64,000 nucleotides of DNA from Octopus sinensis (lineage: Eukaryota), in assembly GCF_006345805.1 (NCBI RefSeq), contig NC_042999.1, positions 130,572,001-130,636,000 of the forward strand. The letters are read 5' to 3'. Shown in pieces: positions 11,401-26,400 of this stretch; position 1 is the stretch's first letter, and each line of letters opens with the position of its first letter. The notes under the pieces were generated by a model. It ran no database searches. It worked only from the letters and a program-made list of their open reading frames with translations, and was not told the origin of the DNA. Position numbers and translations under genes: made by a program.

Positions 11401-14400
11401 GAGTAAGAATTGTATTTTCCCATTCCTCAGGGAAGATAATTTAGTTGTAGAAAAAAAATCACATATCATACCAGCCGGAGGCACGTAAAAAGCACCATTT
11501 GAGCATGACCATTACCAGCGTTGCCTTATTGGCATGTGAACAAAACATTCGAGCGAGATCATTGCCAGTGCCGCTGGACTGACTCCTGTGCAGGTGGCAT
11601 GTAAAAAAACACAATTTGAACATGGCCGTTACCAGTACCGCCAGACTGGCCCTCGTGCCGGAGGCCCGTAAAAGCACCCACTACACTCTGAGTGGTTGGC
11701 GTTAGGAAGGGCATCCGGCTGTAGAAACTCTGCCAGATCAGATTGGAGCCTGGTGTAGCCATCTGGTTCGCCAGTCCTCAGTCAAATCGTCCAACCCATG
11801 TAGCATGGAAAGTGGACGTTAAAACGATGATGATGATGATGCCAGTATGAAAGGCAGACATTAAACAGTGATGATGATAATGATGATGAATCACACTTAC
11901 AGCAATAGCAGCAAACATAATCAACAAATTGTTGATTATACAGCTAGAATTTGAGAAGATCTCATTTGGACACCAAAGCAGGTTTAGGGGAAAATTGGTC
12001 GAGATTGAGTGAGTCAAGGCTAAAAATTTATAAGTAGTCTTACAGCTTGTAGACTTCTCAAAAGCTTTCAACTCTGTCCACTGAGACAAAATGGAGTAAA
12101 TTCTTATATACAGTATACTTCAAAAAACAGCTGGAGCAATAATGATACTCTGTGCAAACATGTGAGCCAAATTAATAAAAAAAATGTCTTGTCCTTTTAT
12201 TAATATCTGTTTTGTCATATTACAGCAGTTCTGTTGTGGGCAAGACATTAAACTGCATTCAGTGGTGGTGCTGAAATTGGGAATTCAAGAGCTTAGGGGC
12301 ATATGTAGTTACTCCTTTGTCTTCATTACTCCCAAGCTTACTCTGGTCTAGGGTAGTAGTTCTTGTTAGGGGCCTCAGTTATGGGTTAAATAGCAGAAGA
12401 TGGTCCTGTATCTGTGTTATACAGGACTCAGAGGAGAGCTGGCCCCTATACATGTATCACTGGTATATGGACATGCTCTGATGTCATGTGAACCAATCCC
12501 TCTACATAAAGGTTAAATACACCCTGGGCCTCAAGTGTAAGCACTTAAAATCATATTTTATTCATGATTTAATTTTTTTTATCTTCCTTTACCAAATAAT
12601 TAACATCATAACTTTTCTTAATTTCTTAAAAAAAATATTTTATTCAAAGCTTATTTTTTATTTTACTTCCAGGCATGAAAACCCTGTAATTGGAACACAA
12701 TTAGAAATTCTTGAAGACAATGAAGATTTAATAGTCATCAATAAACCATCTTCAATCCCATGCCATCCCTGTGGAAGGTACAGATACAATTCTATTGTCT
12801 TCATTCTTGGCAAGGAATACGGCTACAGTAACTTGAGAAGTAAGTAGCTATATGCAACATAGAAATATTAAATATTTATGATAAAACATTGGAGTCTGTT
12901 GGTGAAACTACCCATAAGAATTTAGATGTTGAGCTGAAAGCATCTGCATTTCTTTATTCCTATACTAACATGTATAGGATGAACTGTTGCAAATTTTGAC
13001 ATTTGCATATGGAAGTAACATTTACAACCATTTATTAACCATGCAAACTGTAAAATAATAATGGTACGGCTATCTGCGAGACAGATTAAAGCAGGCAGTT
13101 ATGTACATTGCATAGGAGCACAACACATTGGTTGTGACAAGGTTTGAATTAATAACTATTTGTTCGGTTTCTTACACATTTACTTTCCAAATAGTAAACC
13201 GTGTTCCTTTTTTAAAAAATGAGAAGGATCTCTAAATGATCAGTTGTTAATTAGTTACCTAACTTTAAGGAATAAAATTTTTATGTGACACCAGTTTTGG
13301 TGCCATGTAAAAAGCACTCAGTCCACTTTGTAAGGTAGTTGGTGTTAGGAAGGGCATCCAACCATAAAAACCATGCCAAAACAGTGAAGCCTGGTGCAGT
13401 CATCTGCCTAGCGAGCTCCTACCATGCCAGCATGGAAAATGGACATGAAATGATGATGATAATATTTGTAACTTTTTCGCCAGCCTTGTCTGGCACCTGT
13501 GTCGGTGGCACATAAAAAATACCATCCGAGCGTGGCCGTTCACCAGCCTCGTCTGGCACCTGTGTCGGTGGCACATAAAAAGCACCCACTACACTCACGG
13601 AGTGGTTGGCATTAGGAAGGGCATCCAGCTGTAGAAACACTGCCAGATCTGACTGGCCTAGTGCAGCCTTCGGGCTTCCCAGACCCCAGTTGAACCGTCC
13701 AACCCATGTTAGCATGGAAAGCAGACGTTAAACGATGATGATGATGATGATGATACCACCATTTCCACTTTTTATTTTTGTTTCCTTGATTGGTTGATTG
13801 TTCACTTTGGTTTCTCAGAAATTACTGAAGCTAGGAAGTTTAATGTTGTATCAGTGGTTACAAAGCAAAATAAGAATTCTTTTTTTTTTTTTTAATTCTG
13901 CTACTTTTGCAAGCTATGTGAAAATTATGCTTACAACTCAGTTCTGTTCAGACTGTCATATGGTGGGTGAATTGCAAGTTATAGGAGAAACATTGATTAC
14001 ATGAAAACACAAATACATAGCAGTACAATTTATTTTTGATATTTGTGAACACAGTAGTTAGGAGTGCAAAATATTTAAATAACAGTCACATATGTAGAGA
14101 AAAATTTTTTGCTTGAATCAAACATTTCTGATTATCTACTAACTCTATTTGAAGTGCTGTATTATAGTATTAGTTCATTCAATTTCCTATAAGAATATAT
14201 ATAGTTTTATATATGTAAAATAATTAATTTATTTTTTATAATATTTTTCAAAAAATAAGTGCATGTGAAACGGGCTCTGTATTCTTGGCACGGAATCTCC
14301 AAATAAAGCCTTGTCTCCAAAGTGTTAACTATTGATTTGTCAATATCTAATCAAACTGAAGCTTTCATTGTATTGGAATAAAATTTAAAAGCTCTGAAAA

Positions 14401-17400
14401 GACATTTAATGTTAATCAGGATATAAGTTATATGAAAATGGAACAGTTCTATTGAAGGAAACTTATACCAGAAAGCTTATTGATCTGTTTCTAGCAAATC
14501 AGTGACATGATCAAACTGGATGACATCCAGTTTTCTGTTTTTTTAATTCTGGCATAAATGGAGTGTTTTTGAATTTTTATGTTTACATATTCTTGAAACA
14601 GTTGTTTTTTATAAAATGGATGCTCTTCTTCATGTTAACCAACCTGTTATGAAATGAGGGTAAAACCTGTTTGTTATGCTTATATATGATTAACTCTTTG
14701 TTTACTTCTCTAGGTGTTACTTTATTTCAAATAGATAGTTCCATTTTCAAATATTACTTTCTAAAATTGCTTTTAAATACAAAGTTCTTTTAATATTTAT
14801 AGACATTTATCGCCTTGATCGATTGACATCTGGTGTATTAATTTGTGCCAAAACTGCAAAGAAGACAAGGGAACTAGAAGACCAAATCGTCAATAAAAAA
14901 GTACGGAAGGAATACGTATGTCGAGTAGTTGGACGATTTCCTGAGTAAGTAAATTTTGTTCCAAGTTTAACATTAGAATTAAAGAGACTGATGATTGTCC
15001 TTGTTGACGAGAGAAGTTTCAGAAAAAAAATACATAAAAGTGGAGAATGTTGGTATAAATCCTTAAATCCTTAAAAATGTTTTAGCCCGAAGGCCATGGC
15101 CATGCTGGGGCACCACGGCTGAAATAAGTTGCGAGCTCACCAGGATGCTGTAAGAATAAAAATATATTACATGTGAGAATTACAGCTTTCATTGGATGTA
15201 TGATATCTGAAGTGTATTGTCTGAATTATTAGATTTTTCATCTCTTCGTACTCTACTAACTCATTCTATTTTATATATTTACATTTTCTATACATATAAG
15301 TTAAAGAGAAAATATAATGAAGGTCAACTGTCGATGCTAAGAATAGATTTCAACCATCAAATCATTCCAGTATTTAGAATGGCCTTGTTTAATACATTTA
15401 ATCCCATAACCCAGTTTAACATGACTACCTGATCCTTGGGTGCCTCTAGAAGACTTGACTTAGATGAAAGTATTTGTGTCAGGTCTCCAGTTTAAGAATC
15501 TTCCCTTTCTCCTATCAATCTCAGAGACCCTGAAAAATAAAGGGACATGTGTGTTATTCTTCTCTTCCTGATTAATCATTAAAGTAATTTAACTTCTAGT
15601 TTTTTGATAAAGTCCATTGTTGTTGTTTTACATGGTGTCTCTCACACACCTAAATGTACATTCAAAATCCAATTGATGTGTGCATTGCCAGGTTTTATGA
15701 ATTGTTTCATATAATCCCAAGATCAGAGTGGTCAGACAGTGTAACATGAGGTGGTCTGTGTCTAGTAAGGATACCTGACATGTTAGACTTAAAAGGAATT
15801 AAAAATATCCCCATTGATGCATGTTAGCCACTGTTCTGTAACAACTTGACTTCAGCCTGTTTGTAAATGTCCATTGCTTTCTGATGATAGAAACTGGACA
15901 GTGGTTGAGTGCTGTCCCAACTGGTGACAGGGTACTCTCTATTCCTTTTTCTAAGTGTCTTTAGTGGTGAAGGGTTTCTTGGGTTTAGTCTTGAAATGGT
16001 GGATGCTATGTTAGTTATTTATTCTAAGGGTGTATTATAGAAATTTATTTGACACTTAGTCAAATAAATAAACTATATATATTTGGTACCATTAAATCTA
16101 TGCCTTTGAACTGCTTGCTATAATTAGAATGATTACTCCACCTCATCTCTGAGAGGAGAAAACTATTCAAAAATAGAATCTTTTTATTAGAAATATAAAT
16201 ATTGTCCATCCTTGAAACAAAGGCCAATCATCATCATCATCATCGTTTAACGTCCGTTTTCTGTGCTAGCACAGGTTGGACGGTTCGACCGGGGTCTGGG
16301 AAGCCAGGAGGCTGCACCAGGCTCCAGTCTGATCTGGCAGTGTTTCTACAGCTGGATGCCCTTCCTAATGCATAAATATTAGGTGGTTTTAAAAAGTTCC
16401 CAGACTAGTTCTGTTGCATGTAAACAGATTGCAGCACACGGTTGCATGTGCAGTGAGAGCTAGCAGTGACCTTCATGAGGCAGTGTGCCAAGTGACATTG
16501 CTGTGTTTACTTTACAAGTTGTGAAATTTGTGTTTTTGTGATCATGTGTATGCTGTAGTCTGCGATTTTGTCATGGACAGGAACAAGGGGCCAATGTGAC
16601 ATTTACGTTATACTTGAGCAGTCTGCTACAGAAACATTGATGAGGCAATGGGTTGTATACAATGTTTTGAGTGGTACAGGTGCTTCAAAAGTAGAAGAGC
16701 ATCCCTGAAAGATGATGAGTGATCAGGAAGACCTGTTGTATTGTGCATCACGAATTCATTCCTCAGGGCCAGACTGTCAATCAAGAGTTCTACTCCGAAA
16801 TTTCGAAACATTTGAGGGAGGACATTCGGCAAAAATGACCGGATCTGTGGAGCACAAAGAATTGAATTCTTCATGATGACAATGCATCCCGTTACCAAAC
16901 TCTCCTCACTCGTGAGTTTCTTGCCAATAACAATATGGTATCACTTCCGCACCTGCCCTATTCACCAGATTTAGCACCTGCAAACTTCCATCTCTTCCCC
17001 AAGATGAAAATACAGCTCAGGTTGCTGTTTTAACACTATTGTCAAAATCCAGAGCAAATCACAGAAGGTCCTCAACTTGCTTATGGAAAATGACTTCAAG
17101 GCTGGATTCCAAAAGTGGTAAGAATGCTGGTACTGGTGTATTGCTCTGCAAGGTGACTATTTCAAAGGAGATAATTTTAGAACTTAGGTAAATAAGATAT
17201 TTTTTATAAAACATAACTAGTCCAGGAACCTTTTGATACCACCTAGTACAATATAGATTATGGCTGAATATATATTCTTATACAGAATTGTTTTTATATT
17301 ATCTTTCCAGTGGTGATATTGAAGTTGATCAACCTCTGGACTGCATCAATCACAAGATATCCTTATGGCAAGTACGACCCGGTGGAAAAGAAAGCAAAAC

Positions 17401-20400
17401 ACTCTTCAGTCGCCTTAGTTACAATGGAAAATCAAGTGTTGTTAGATGTGAGTCAAGCATTTCTTAGATCTTGAACTCTTCATTTTGGCTGTTACGCATA
17501 TTTGATAAAAGATAGAGGATATTTTCTTCAGGAAAATTAAGCTTGTTGTTTTATAGTATCATCTTTAAACCTTCAGTAATTCTCAGGAGGCAGAAATTGA
17601 TCTTCATCTGTGAACTGGAGTTTAACTCAAATAAAATTCTACAACTTGCATGAGAGTTGATGCAACATGCAGCTAACATGTATTAGTGTAGAAAATATCC
17701 TATAGCTGTCGAATTTTCATGTATTTAAAAAAAATATTCAGTTTGTTTAGAAATGCCATGCATTTACTATACTAACTTAAATAACTTGTTTATTTTTAAT
17801 TAATTTTAATTATCGACATTTTTTTTACTCTGTTTTAGTTAATATTGTAATTGTCATCATTTTAGACGTTGTAACACTCATTTCCCATACTTGTAAGTTT
17901 AAGAAAAAATATATACCCAGCTGTTGTTATAAAGAATAACTTTTCAATCATCAAATCATTTCAATATTCAAATTCTTTTACATTCAAATATAAACCTGGT
18001 CTTTTTACAAATAAGTATTGTTTCTGATATGTGAAGCTGCATGGCTTAGAAGTTAGATATTGGGTTCACAATCATAATACCATGAGTTCAGTTCCTGGAC
18101 CAAGCAGCACATTGGGTCTTAGAATCATGTGCTTCATTTTATGTTGCTCCTGTTTACTCAGCTGAAAATAAGTACTAGTGTAGCCCTTTCCTTCCAACTA
18201 TCACATATTTCATGTTCCACTGACTCAAGGCAGGGTAAGAAGCCAAGAGTGTGTCTATGTCTGCTTAAGGCTACATAGCCACCTAAAACAATCAGTGAAA
18301 CCTGGAATATGCTACCAAGCCTCACTTGCTTGCATGTGATAGCAATGATTTTTGGTTTTGTTGTATATGTTATTCTTAAATTTATTTTACTGGCTTTTCA
18401 CTGACACCTGTCTGTGGTTAAATACTAAGCAGCAGAATGGTCTCCATTAGTGTTACATATTCAAATTAATTACTTAATAGCTAATGTACCTTAAAGATAA
18501 TGATTTAATGAATTTCTTTGATAGATTACCAGAAGAAAATTTATCAGGACATTTGGCAGTCTGTCTATTGCCTAACGGATCATCAGTTTGTATCCTGTTA
18601 TTAGCACTGCATTATGACTTTAGCCAAGATATGTCATTTTAGATTGACTAATCTGAAGTCAGAAAGGTGCTATAATGATGTATTGTTTTGAGTTCAAATC
18701 CTCTCGTAAGAAAAACTTATAATAGTTGTATCCAGAGAGAGAGAGAGGTCTGTCAAGCAGTGAATGTTGTGAAAGATAGCTTCAGCACCCGTACACATCT
18801 CCTTTACTTCTTAAGAATACTTGTTGAAAGAGCTTGTTGAAAATAAGTTTAATCAAAGGTGCACTACCTTTGTTATGTGTTGACACAATCTGAAAAAAAT
18901 TTATGAATTTTATAATGTTAAAGATCATACAGTCACTGAATTATTTGAATAAATTCTCAATTAACAGTATTGATTTCTCCTCCAATAACATTAATTACTT
19001 CATGATTTTTTCAGGCATTCCTTACACAGGGCGAACACATCAGTTGCGTGTACATTTGCAATATTTAGGTAAATATTTCTATTCACTACCTGAAAAACTG
19101 ACTCTTGTTGAGTCACTAAAGTATTATTGATTCAAAATTTTAGCCATAGATATAGCTTTGTGCATTTAGACAAGTGTTTTTAAACTTGTTAAGTAATGCT
19201 CCAATTATGTTACTGTGAACACAGGAGTAGGGATGAGAACATGTCTTTCTAGGTATTGATTGGATTACTGAAATCAATTTGGAAGGTGAGTTGATTTATT
19301 CACAACCATGATTTAGTTCTGCAGCAATATATGGTAATAATGTCTTAGTTTTACTTTGTCAAACTATCTAGTATCACTTTGGTAGCTACAGAATAATTTA
19401 GTTTTTTGACACTGTACTGCATCCAACATGTTTGTAGTAGGAGCTAATCTTGATGTAATAAAGAATTATGATTTTGTTTTTGTTATACATTTTCATTTTG
19501 TTGACTTTTGGTGTTGTTGTTTCAAATGGGTAGATGTGATTATCTCAGATTATTTAAATCTTCTTTTCTTCTTGTTGCCTTCCTAACTAGAATGCAAAAA
19601 GGAACAACGTGAAAAGTAATTCTTAATAGTTTTTTAAAATATTGCTGTCACCAAAAATATGCTTGTAGTAACATAGCCTTTTATTTATATCAGTCTATTT
19701 AACTGAAAAATTATTATCATTTCCATCTCTTTATCAGGTAGTTTGTATTAGGAAGGGCATAAATTTCAATCCAGTTCTTATAATTTAATAAAAAAAATAT
19801 CCATAAGCAGATATATTCAGCCTATGACATTATAGAAGAATAGATATGAAAGATATAATTATTTTTTTCTGTTTTGATAATTCTTTTTGTTTCTTTCGGA
19901 AAGGACATCCAATCATAAATGATCCACTTTATTATGGTCCAGCTTGGGGACCAGAAGCTGGCAAAGGAACTATTTTTCAATGCAAAATTGATGACACAAA
20001 GGTAAATCCTCTATCAATTGCTGTTGTTTAGTCTCAAATCAACTCTGATCACCAGAACTGCAATCAAAGATACGCCATCCATAACTTTGTTTTTCTCCAA
20101 GTATAATGTATGTAAGAACTCATTATCTAAACCGTTGTTCCTTCTTTTAAGATGGTAGGCCTGTTTTAGGGGAGATTTGGCTACTAATTCTAGCAGATTA
20201 AATGGAGTTGTTCCCATGCTATTTCAAGCCCACATCAGAGGTTTTATTTATGAAGAATGGGTGAGACATTTCCTTCCCATTTTTTGCTGCCTTTAACTCT
20301 TAAGTATTCAGATTACTCTGTCAAATGTAACACTTATATATTCACATTTTGAATTAAATACATATCTAGCAAAGCATACTAGCTTCATTTCTTTCAAGCC

Positions 20401-23400
20401 TACACATGTTCTTGGCAGTTACAGCCCATGTTTCACTGCCATGTAGTATGGCTGTTTGTACACAGGCATCATACAATCTACCTTTCACTCTGAGTAAGAG
20501 GCCCTTTGTTACCAACAGAGGTAGGAGCTCTCTGAACTTTGCCCAACCTATCCTTATTCTAGCAGCTATGCTCTCGGAGCATCCACTTCTGCTACTGACT
20601 TGGTCACCTAGGTAATGGAAACTATCAATTGCTTCTAGTTTTTTCCCCTAGCATTTGATGGAGTCTATTTTCCGTACATTTTTAGTGTTAATTGTACCTG
20701 TGCACCTTCAACACAAAAAACAATTTTTCCTGTCAACCTTCTTCTGATATTGCTGCACCTCTTATGTGTCCATAGCTTACACTGGGTACATCTTGTGGAG
20801 TTTCTACCTATGCCTTTCCTACAGATTGAGCAGGACCATTTACCTTAAGGGATTTGTGATTTGTCTGCTCTCCTACATACTAAAATTTTGGTTTTTACTA
20901 GATTAACTTCTAAGGCCCATCCTTCCACATCTCAAATCTCTTCTCTAGTTCTGGTTGTGATTCAGATATACAAACAGTCATCAGCATAGAGGAGCTCCCA
21001 AGAGCAGCCTGTCTTAAATTCCTGTTATTGCCTGGAGGACTATGATGAACAAGATGGGGCTGAGGACTGATCCTTGGTGAACTCCTACTTGTATCCTAAA
21101 TTCATAGCTATACTTATTGCTAAATCTTCACCTTACTGACAGTATCTCTGTACCTGGTTTGTACTGCGCTCACCAACCACTCATCTGTCCCTAGCTTCCA
21201 CATTGACCATCAGACAATGGAGTAGGGGACTCTGTTAAAAGGCTTTCTCCATGTTGACAAAAGCCAAGTACAAAGGTTTATTTTAGGCTAGATATTTCTC
21301 CTGCAGTTGCCTAACTAGGAATATAGCATCAGTCATGCTCCTACCTGGCACAAATTTGAACTGCATCTTATCTACACTTACTCTCTACCTAATTAATTGA
21401 GCAATGACCCTTTCTGTGACTTTTATCACCTGGCCCAGCAATTTGATTCCTCTGTAATTATTCTTGCCTTTGTAGCAGTTCACTATAATGCTGCTACACT
21501 AATTGTTGGGTATGACTCCTTGTTGACAATCTGATTAACTATATGAGTGACTAGGCTATATCCTACTCCACCAGATGTTTTAAGCATTTCAGTGGTGATT
21601 CCTGACAGGCCAGGGGCTTTCCCTGCCTTCATATTCTTGATTGCTGTGTCTTCCAAGCTACTGTCGATTCAGATAGCTGGTCCCTCAGTTGGGTCAACAT
21701 TTGGCAGACTCTCCTATTCTTATTCATTCTCCACATTTAGCAGCTTCTCATAATGGTATATCCAGGCCTATTTCTTTGCAATATCATTGAATATAAGTGC
21801 ACCATTATCCATGTGGACACATTTCTCTCCTTTGACATTACAATTTTCTCTCACACTGTATTGCAATCTGAAACACTTCAAGTCATTGATCCTCCTCTTA
21901 CAGAACATAGGCAAACTTCTTCTTTTCCATTACTTACATGGCTACATATACGTGTCTCCTAGGTTCCCTGCTGGCTGTCTGATACAGTTCTATGCTATCT
22001 CCACACTTCCAGTCCTTCCAGACCTGTTTCTTTGCTCTAATGGCCTTGTCTCCAGCATACTATTCTGAAAAACTAGCCTAAGCTTAAGTACTCTATCACA
22101 CACTCAGACTACCTCTATGACCTTTCCCACCTGTTTCTCTGCGAGAAGCATGCCCACACCACCTACCCCATCACTGTTACCTTTCCAGAAGATTTTATAC
22201 CAATGTGTTTTGCTTGTGAGAAACCAAGCTGAAGCTCCCCTCCACCTTACCTCTTGAATGCAACACACTTCAACACACCTCCATTCAAGCATCTCAACAA
22301 TCTCAACAGACCTACCTTTCAATGTGCCTACATTGACAGTGCCAACTCTGACAACTGGGAAAGGGATAGTGGGGGCACATGGGAAGTGGGATGGTATTTA
22401 GCACCTGGAAAGAATGTTTTAAATTAGCAAAAATGAGACTGATTTATAAATATTAATATATACTTCCTTTTACTAAAAGTGGTGAGCTGACAGCAGCATT
22501 AGCATGCTGGACAACATTCTTAGCAGCATTTTGTTCATTTTTATGTTCTGAGTTCAAGTTCTGCCAAGGTCAACTTTGCCTTTCATCTTTTCAGGGTTGA
22601 TAAAATAAGTACCAGTTGAGCACTGGAGTCATTGTAATCAACTTGCCCCACCCCCAAAACTTGAAACCAATTTTTTTTTTTTTACTTAATGACCTACGTG
22701 TACTAAAATAGATTATAGTTATGATCAATAATGTTTTATTATTTCAGATCAGTGATGAGGTGATGAAAAACCACAACATTGGTTTGTGGGAGAATGGACC
22801 AAATCCTAATTTTGAACTTCGTTTAAAACAATTGAAAGAGGAGAAGTCACTTGCTTCTAATCATGAAGACACTATTGATGAAGTCAAAAACACAGAACCA
22901 GCAGCAAAGCGATTGAAGACAAGTGACCATCCTGAAAAGTTAGAGACAATCAGCAATACAGAATTTTTTCAGCCAGAGTTTGATTTACAAAAATGGATAC
23001 CAAATGAAAACTGCATCCATTGTAAGACCCTGTATCTAGACCCACAGCCAAAAGATTTGGTCATGTATTTGCATGCACTGAGTTACAAGGTAAATTTTTC
23101 AAGTTTTTCTTTTTAAATTCAACATGGGGTGGGGGTTCTTTTTGAGTATGTGAAATATTGTGCATTGTTGGAACACGTTTTTGTTGGCCTAATCCCTTCG
23201 TATCATGGGCAAGGAACAGCACTTTTTTTTCCGAATGGGTAGAAAACAACACAACACAAAGGCTGTTGCACAATCTGAAGTCATGGTCATTTAATGCTTA
23301 GTCTTATGCTTCTTATATTGGTTTCAAATTTTGGCACAAGGCCAGGAATTTTGGTGGAGGAAGTAAGTCTATTACAATGACCCCAGTATTCAACTGGTAT

Positions 23401-26400
23401 TTATTTAATCAACCCTGTAGGGTTGAAAGGCAAAGTGAGCTTCAGCAGAATTTGAACTCAGAATGGAAAGAGGAATAAAATGCCACTAAGCATTTTGCCT
23501 TGCATACTAACAATTCTGCCAACTCATTGCATTATATGCTTCTTATATTATTCTCAACTTTGGACCAAGGAGACCATATAAAATTAACAAGCATTTGTAA
23601 TCAAAGTTAGTTAGTTTGTATGGTATCAGTTTGCGATTTATTTTGTTATAAAAATATTTCTGCCAATTTTATCCTGTAGTAATTGATTGTTTACAAATCT
23701 ATGCAAGATAAATTGATGTACAATCAGATAGGCATCCAACTAAATGAAAGCTGGTTATTACTGCAATATAAACAGATATATAGATTTGTAAAAAATCTTC
23801 CAAGATTTACTAGCTGGGACAAGTATAGGTAAAACTGAAATCTCTTATATATATGTTAGGTTGACTCTAAAGCCCTTCGATTCTAGTCCTTGCTTCCACA
23901 CCTGAAACTTCTCTAGTTTTGATAGTGACTCAGCTATTAGAGCAAGGTCGTCAGCATTGAGAGGCTCCCAGGGGCATCCTGTCTTGAATTCCTCTGTTAT
24001 TGACTGAAGGACTATGATGAATAAGAAGGGGCTGAGGACTGATCCTTGGTGGATCCCTACTCCTACCCAGAATTCTTCACTGCACTTGTTGCCAACCCTT
24101 ACCTTACTGACAGCATCCTTGTACATGACTTGTGCAGCTCTCACTAACCATTCATCTATCCCTAGTTTCCTCATTGACTACCAGATAAGGGATCGGGGGA
24201 CCCTGTCAAAGGCTTTCTCCATGTCAACGAAAGCCAGGTACAAAAACTTATGTTTGACTAGGCATCTCTCCTGCAGCTGTCTTACCAGAAATATAGCATC
24301 AGTGGTGCTTTTCCCTGGCACAAACCCAAATTGCACCTCATCTAGACTGACTCTCTCCCTAATTACTCCAGATACAACCCTACACATACACAACATATAC
24401 TCTCACACACATACTTCAAACTACCAGTTAAACACCTTTCTACTGACCATTCTCCTATGTACATGTGAAAGGAGACACACAAAAGACAGCCACTCCTACC
24501 AAGAATTCTTACTATAAATTCTTCCTTTGACATTAAACGACACAAAGTCCACTCACACACATACACACATATAAACAGCCAAAACCACACTTACACACTC
24601 ACACACATATGCACATACATGTGCTATTATTACACACACACACCTGCATGCATGCACATACCCATGCATTGAAATGTAAAATCCTCTTTCTCTTGCACTC
24701 TCCTGTCTTAGAACTTTTCTTCACCCATTCCCTTCTGGACATTTCAAAATGTGACCACGTATGTATCATTGGTGATTTTCTTCCTCCGTCTTCCCTTCTT
24801 TTGGACCTTCCTCTATTTCTGAAGAAGTGCTTTGCTTGAAATGTAAAATCCTCTTTCTTTCCTTTCCTGAGCGTCTGATAATACAGTACTTGTACCATGT
24901 CTGCATGTTGTTGTTTTTTCTTGTTTGTTCTTCTTTGTTTGGATTCACTATATATATATATATATATATATATCGTTGTAGCACTCCGTTGGTTACAACG
25001 ATGATGATCTCATTTGAGCTGATCAACAGAACAGCCTGCTCATGAAAATAATGTGCAAGTGGCTGAGCACTCCACTGATACATGTACCCTTAACATAGTC
25101 CTCAGTGAGATTTTGCGTGATCCTGAGTGTGACAAGGCTGGCCCTTTGAAATACAGGTACAACAGAAACAAAAAGAGTGAGAAAAAGTCGTGGGGTTTAC
25201 CACTACCCGCTGCTGGACCCTCATGGAACTTTAAGTATTTTCGCTGAATAAACACTCACAACACCTGGTCTGGGAATCGAAACTGTGATCCTATGACCGT
25301 GAAGCCACTGCCCTAACCACTGGGCCATTGCCCCTCCACTATATGTGTGTGTATGTGTAACTTCCACCATCGCTTGACAACTGATCTTGCTTTGGTTACG
25401 TCTCCATAACTTAGCTATTTGGCAAAACACACTGGTAGAATAACTACTAGGCTTACAAAGAAGAAATCCTGGGGTCAATGTTTCAGACTGAAATCGGTGC
25501 TCTAGCATGGCCATAGTCACATGACTGAAACAATTTAAACAATAAAAAAATATCATTTCAACCCAGAGCAGTGCTGGGTATCTCTGCCAATATATATGTG
25601 TGTGTGTGTGTGTGTATAGTGGGTCATCTTATAAGTAATGCGGTGATATATACTTCTCTTATTTTTCAAAATTAAGATAAACAAAGTTCTTTTTTAGTCT
25701 AAATTATGCTCGCCTTCATTTTCTACAATGTTCTTCCATCTATCTAGTAGACTAGCAAGGCCCCTCTTTCAAAATTCACTTGTCCATGACGAAAAATACC
25801 CCTCCAGTACTGTTCTGACCTCGTCTACAGAATTCATATTTTTTCCGTCCAAATGATTTTGAAGACTACGGTATAAATGATAATCAGATGGGGCAATGTC
25901 TGGCAAATATGGTGGGTGGGGCATCGTTTCCCATTCAAACTGTTCCAGCCCTTGGAATGTCATCCTTGCTGTATGTAGCTGAGCATTATCCTGATGGAAG
26001 AACACCTTTCGTCTTGAAACCAAAGCTGTTCATTTTCCTTCTAGCATTGACTTAAGCTGCTCGCAGTAGAATTCTTTTGTTATCATTTGGTTTGTGTTTA
26101 GAAGTTCAAAGTGGAATAAACCTTTTATATCCCACCAAACAGACAACAACATCTTAAGTGGGTGAAGACCTTCAGCCTGGGGTGCGGGTGTTTCTCCTTT
26201 CCCTAGCCATTGTCTTTGGCACTTGACATTTTTATAGAGAACCCATTTCTCATCACCATTCACTATTCAGTCCAGAAAAGGTTCATTTGTGAGATGAAAG
26301 AAGAGTACACATTCATTTTCTTTATGCGATTAGACTTGGAAAGTTTGTGAGAAACTTGATCCAATTTTCTGACTTTTTCAACGGCACACAGGTGTCATTG

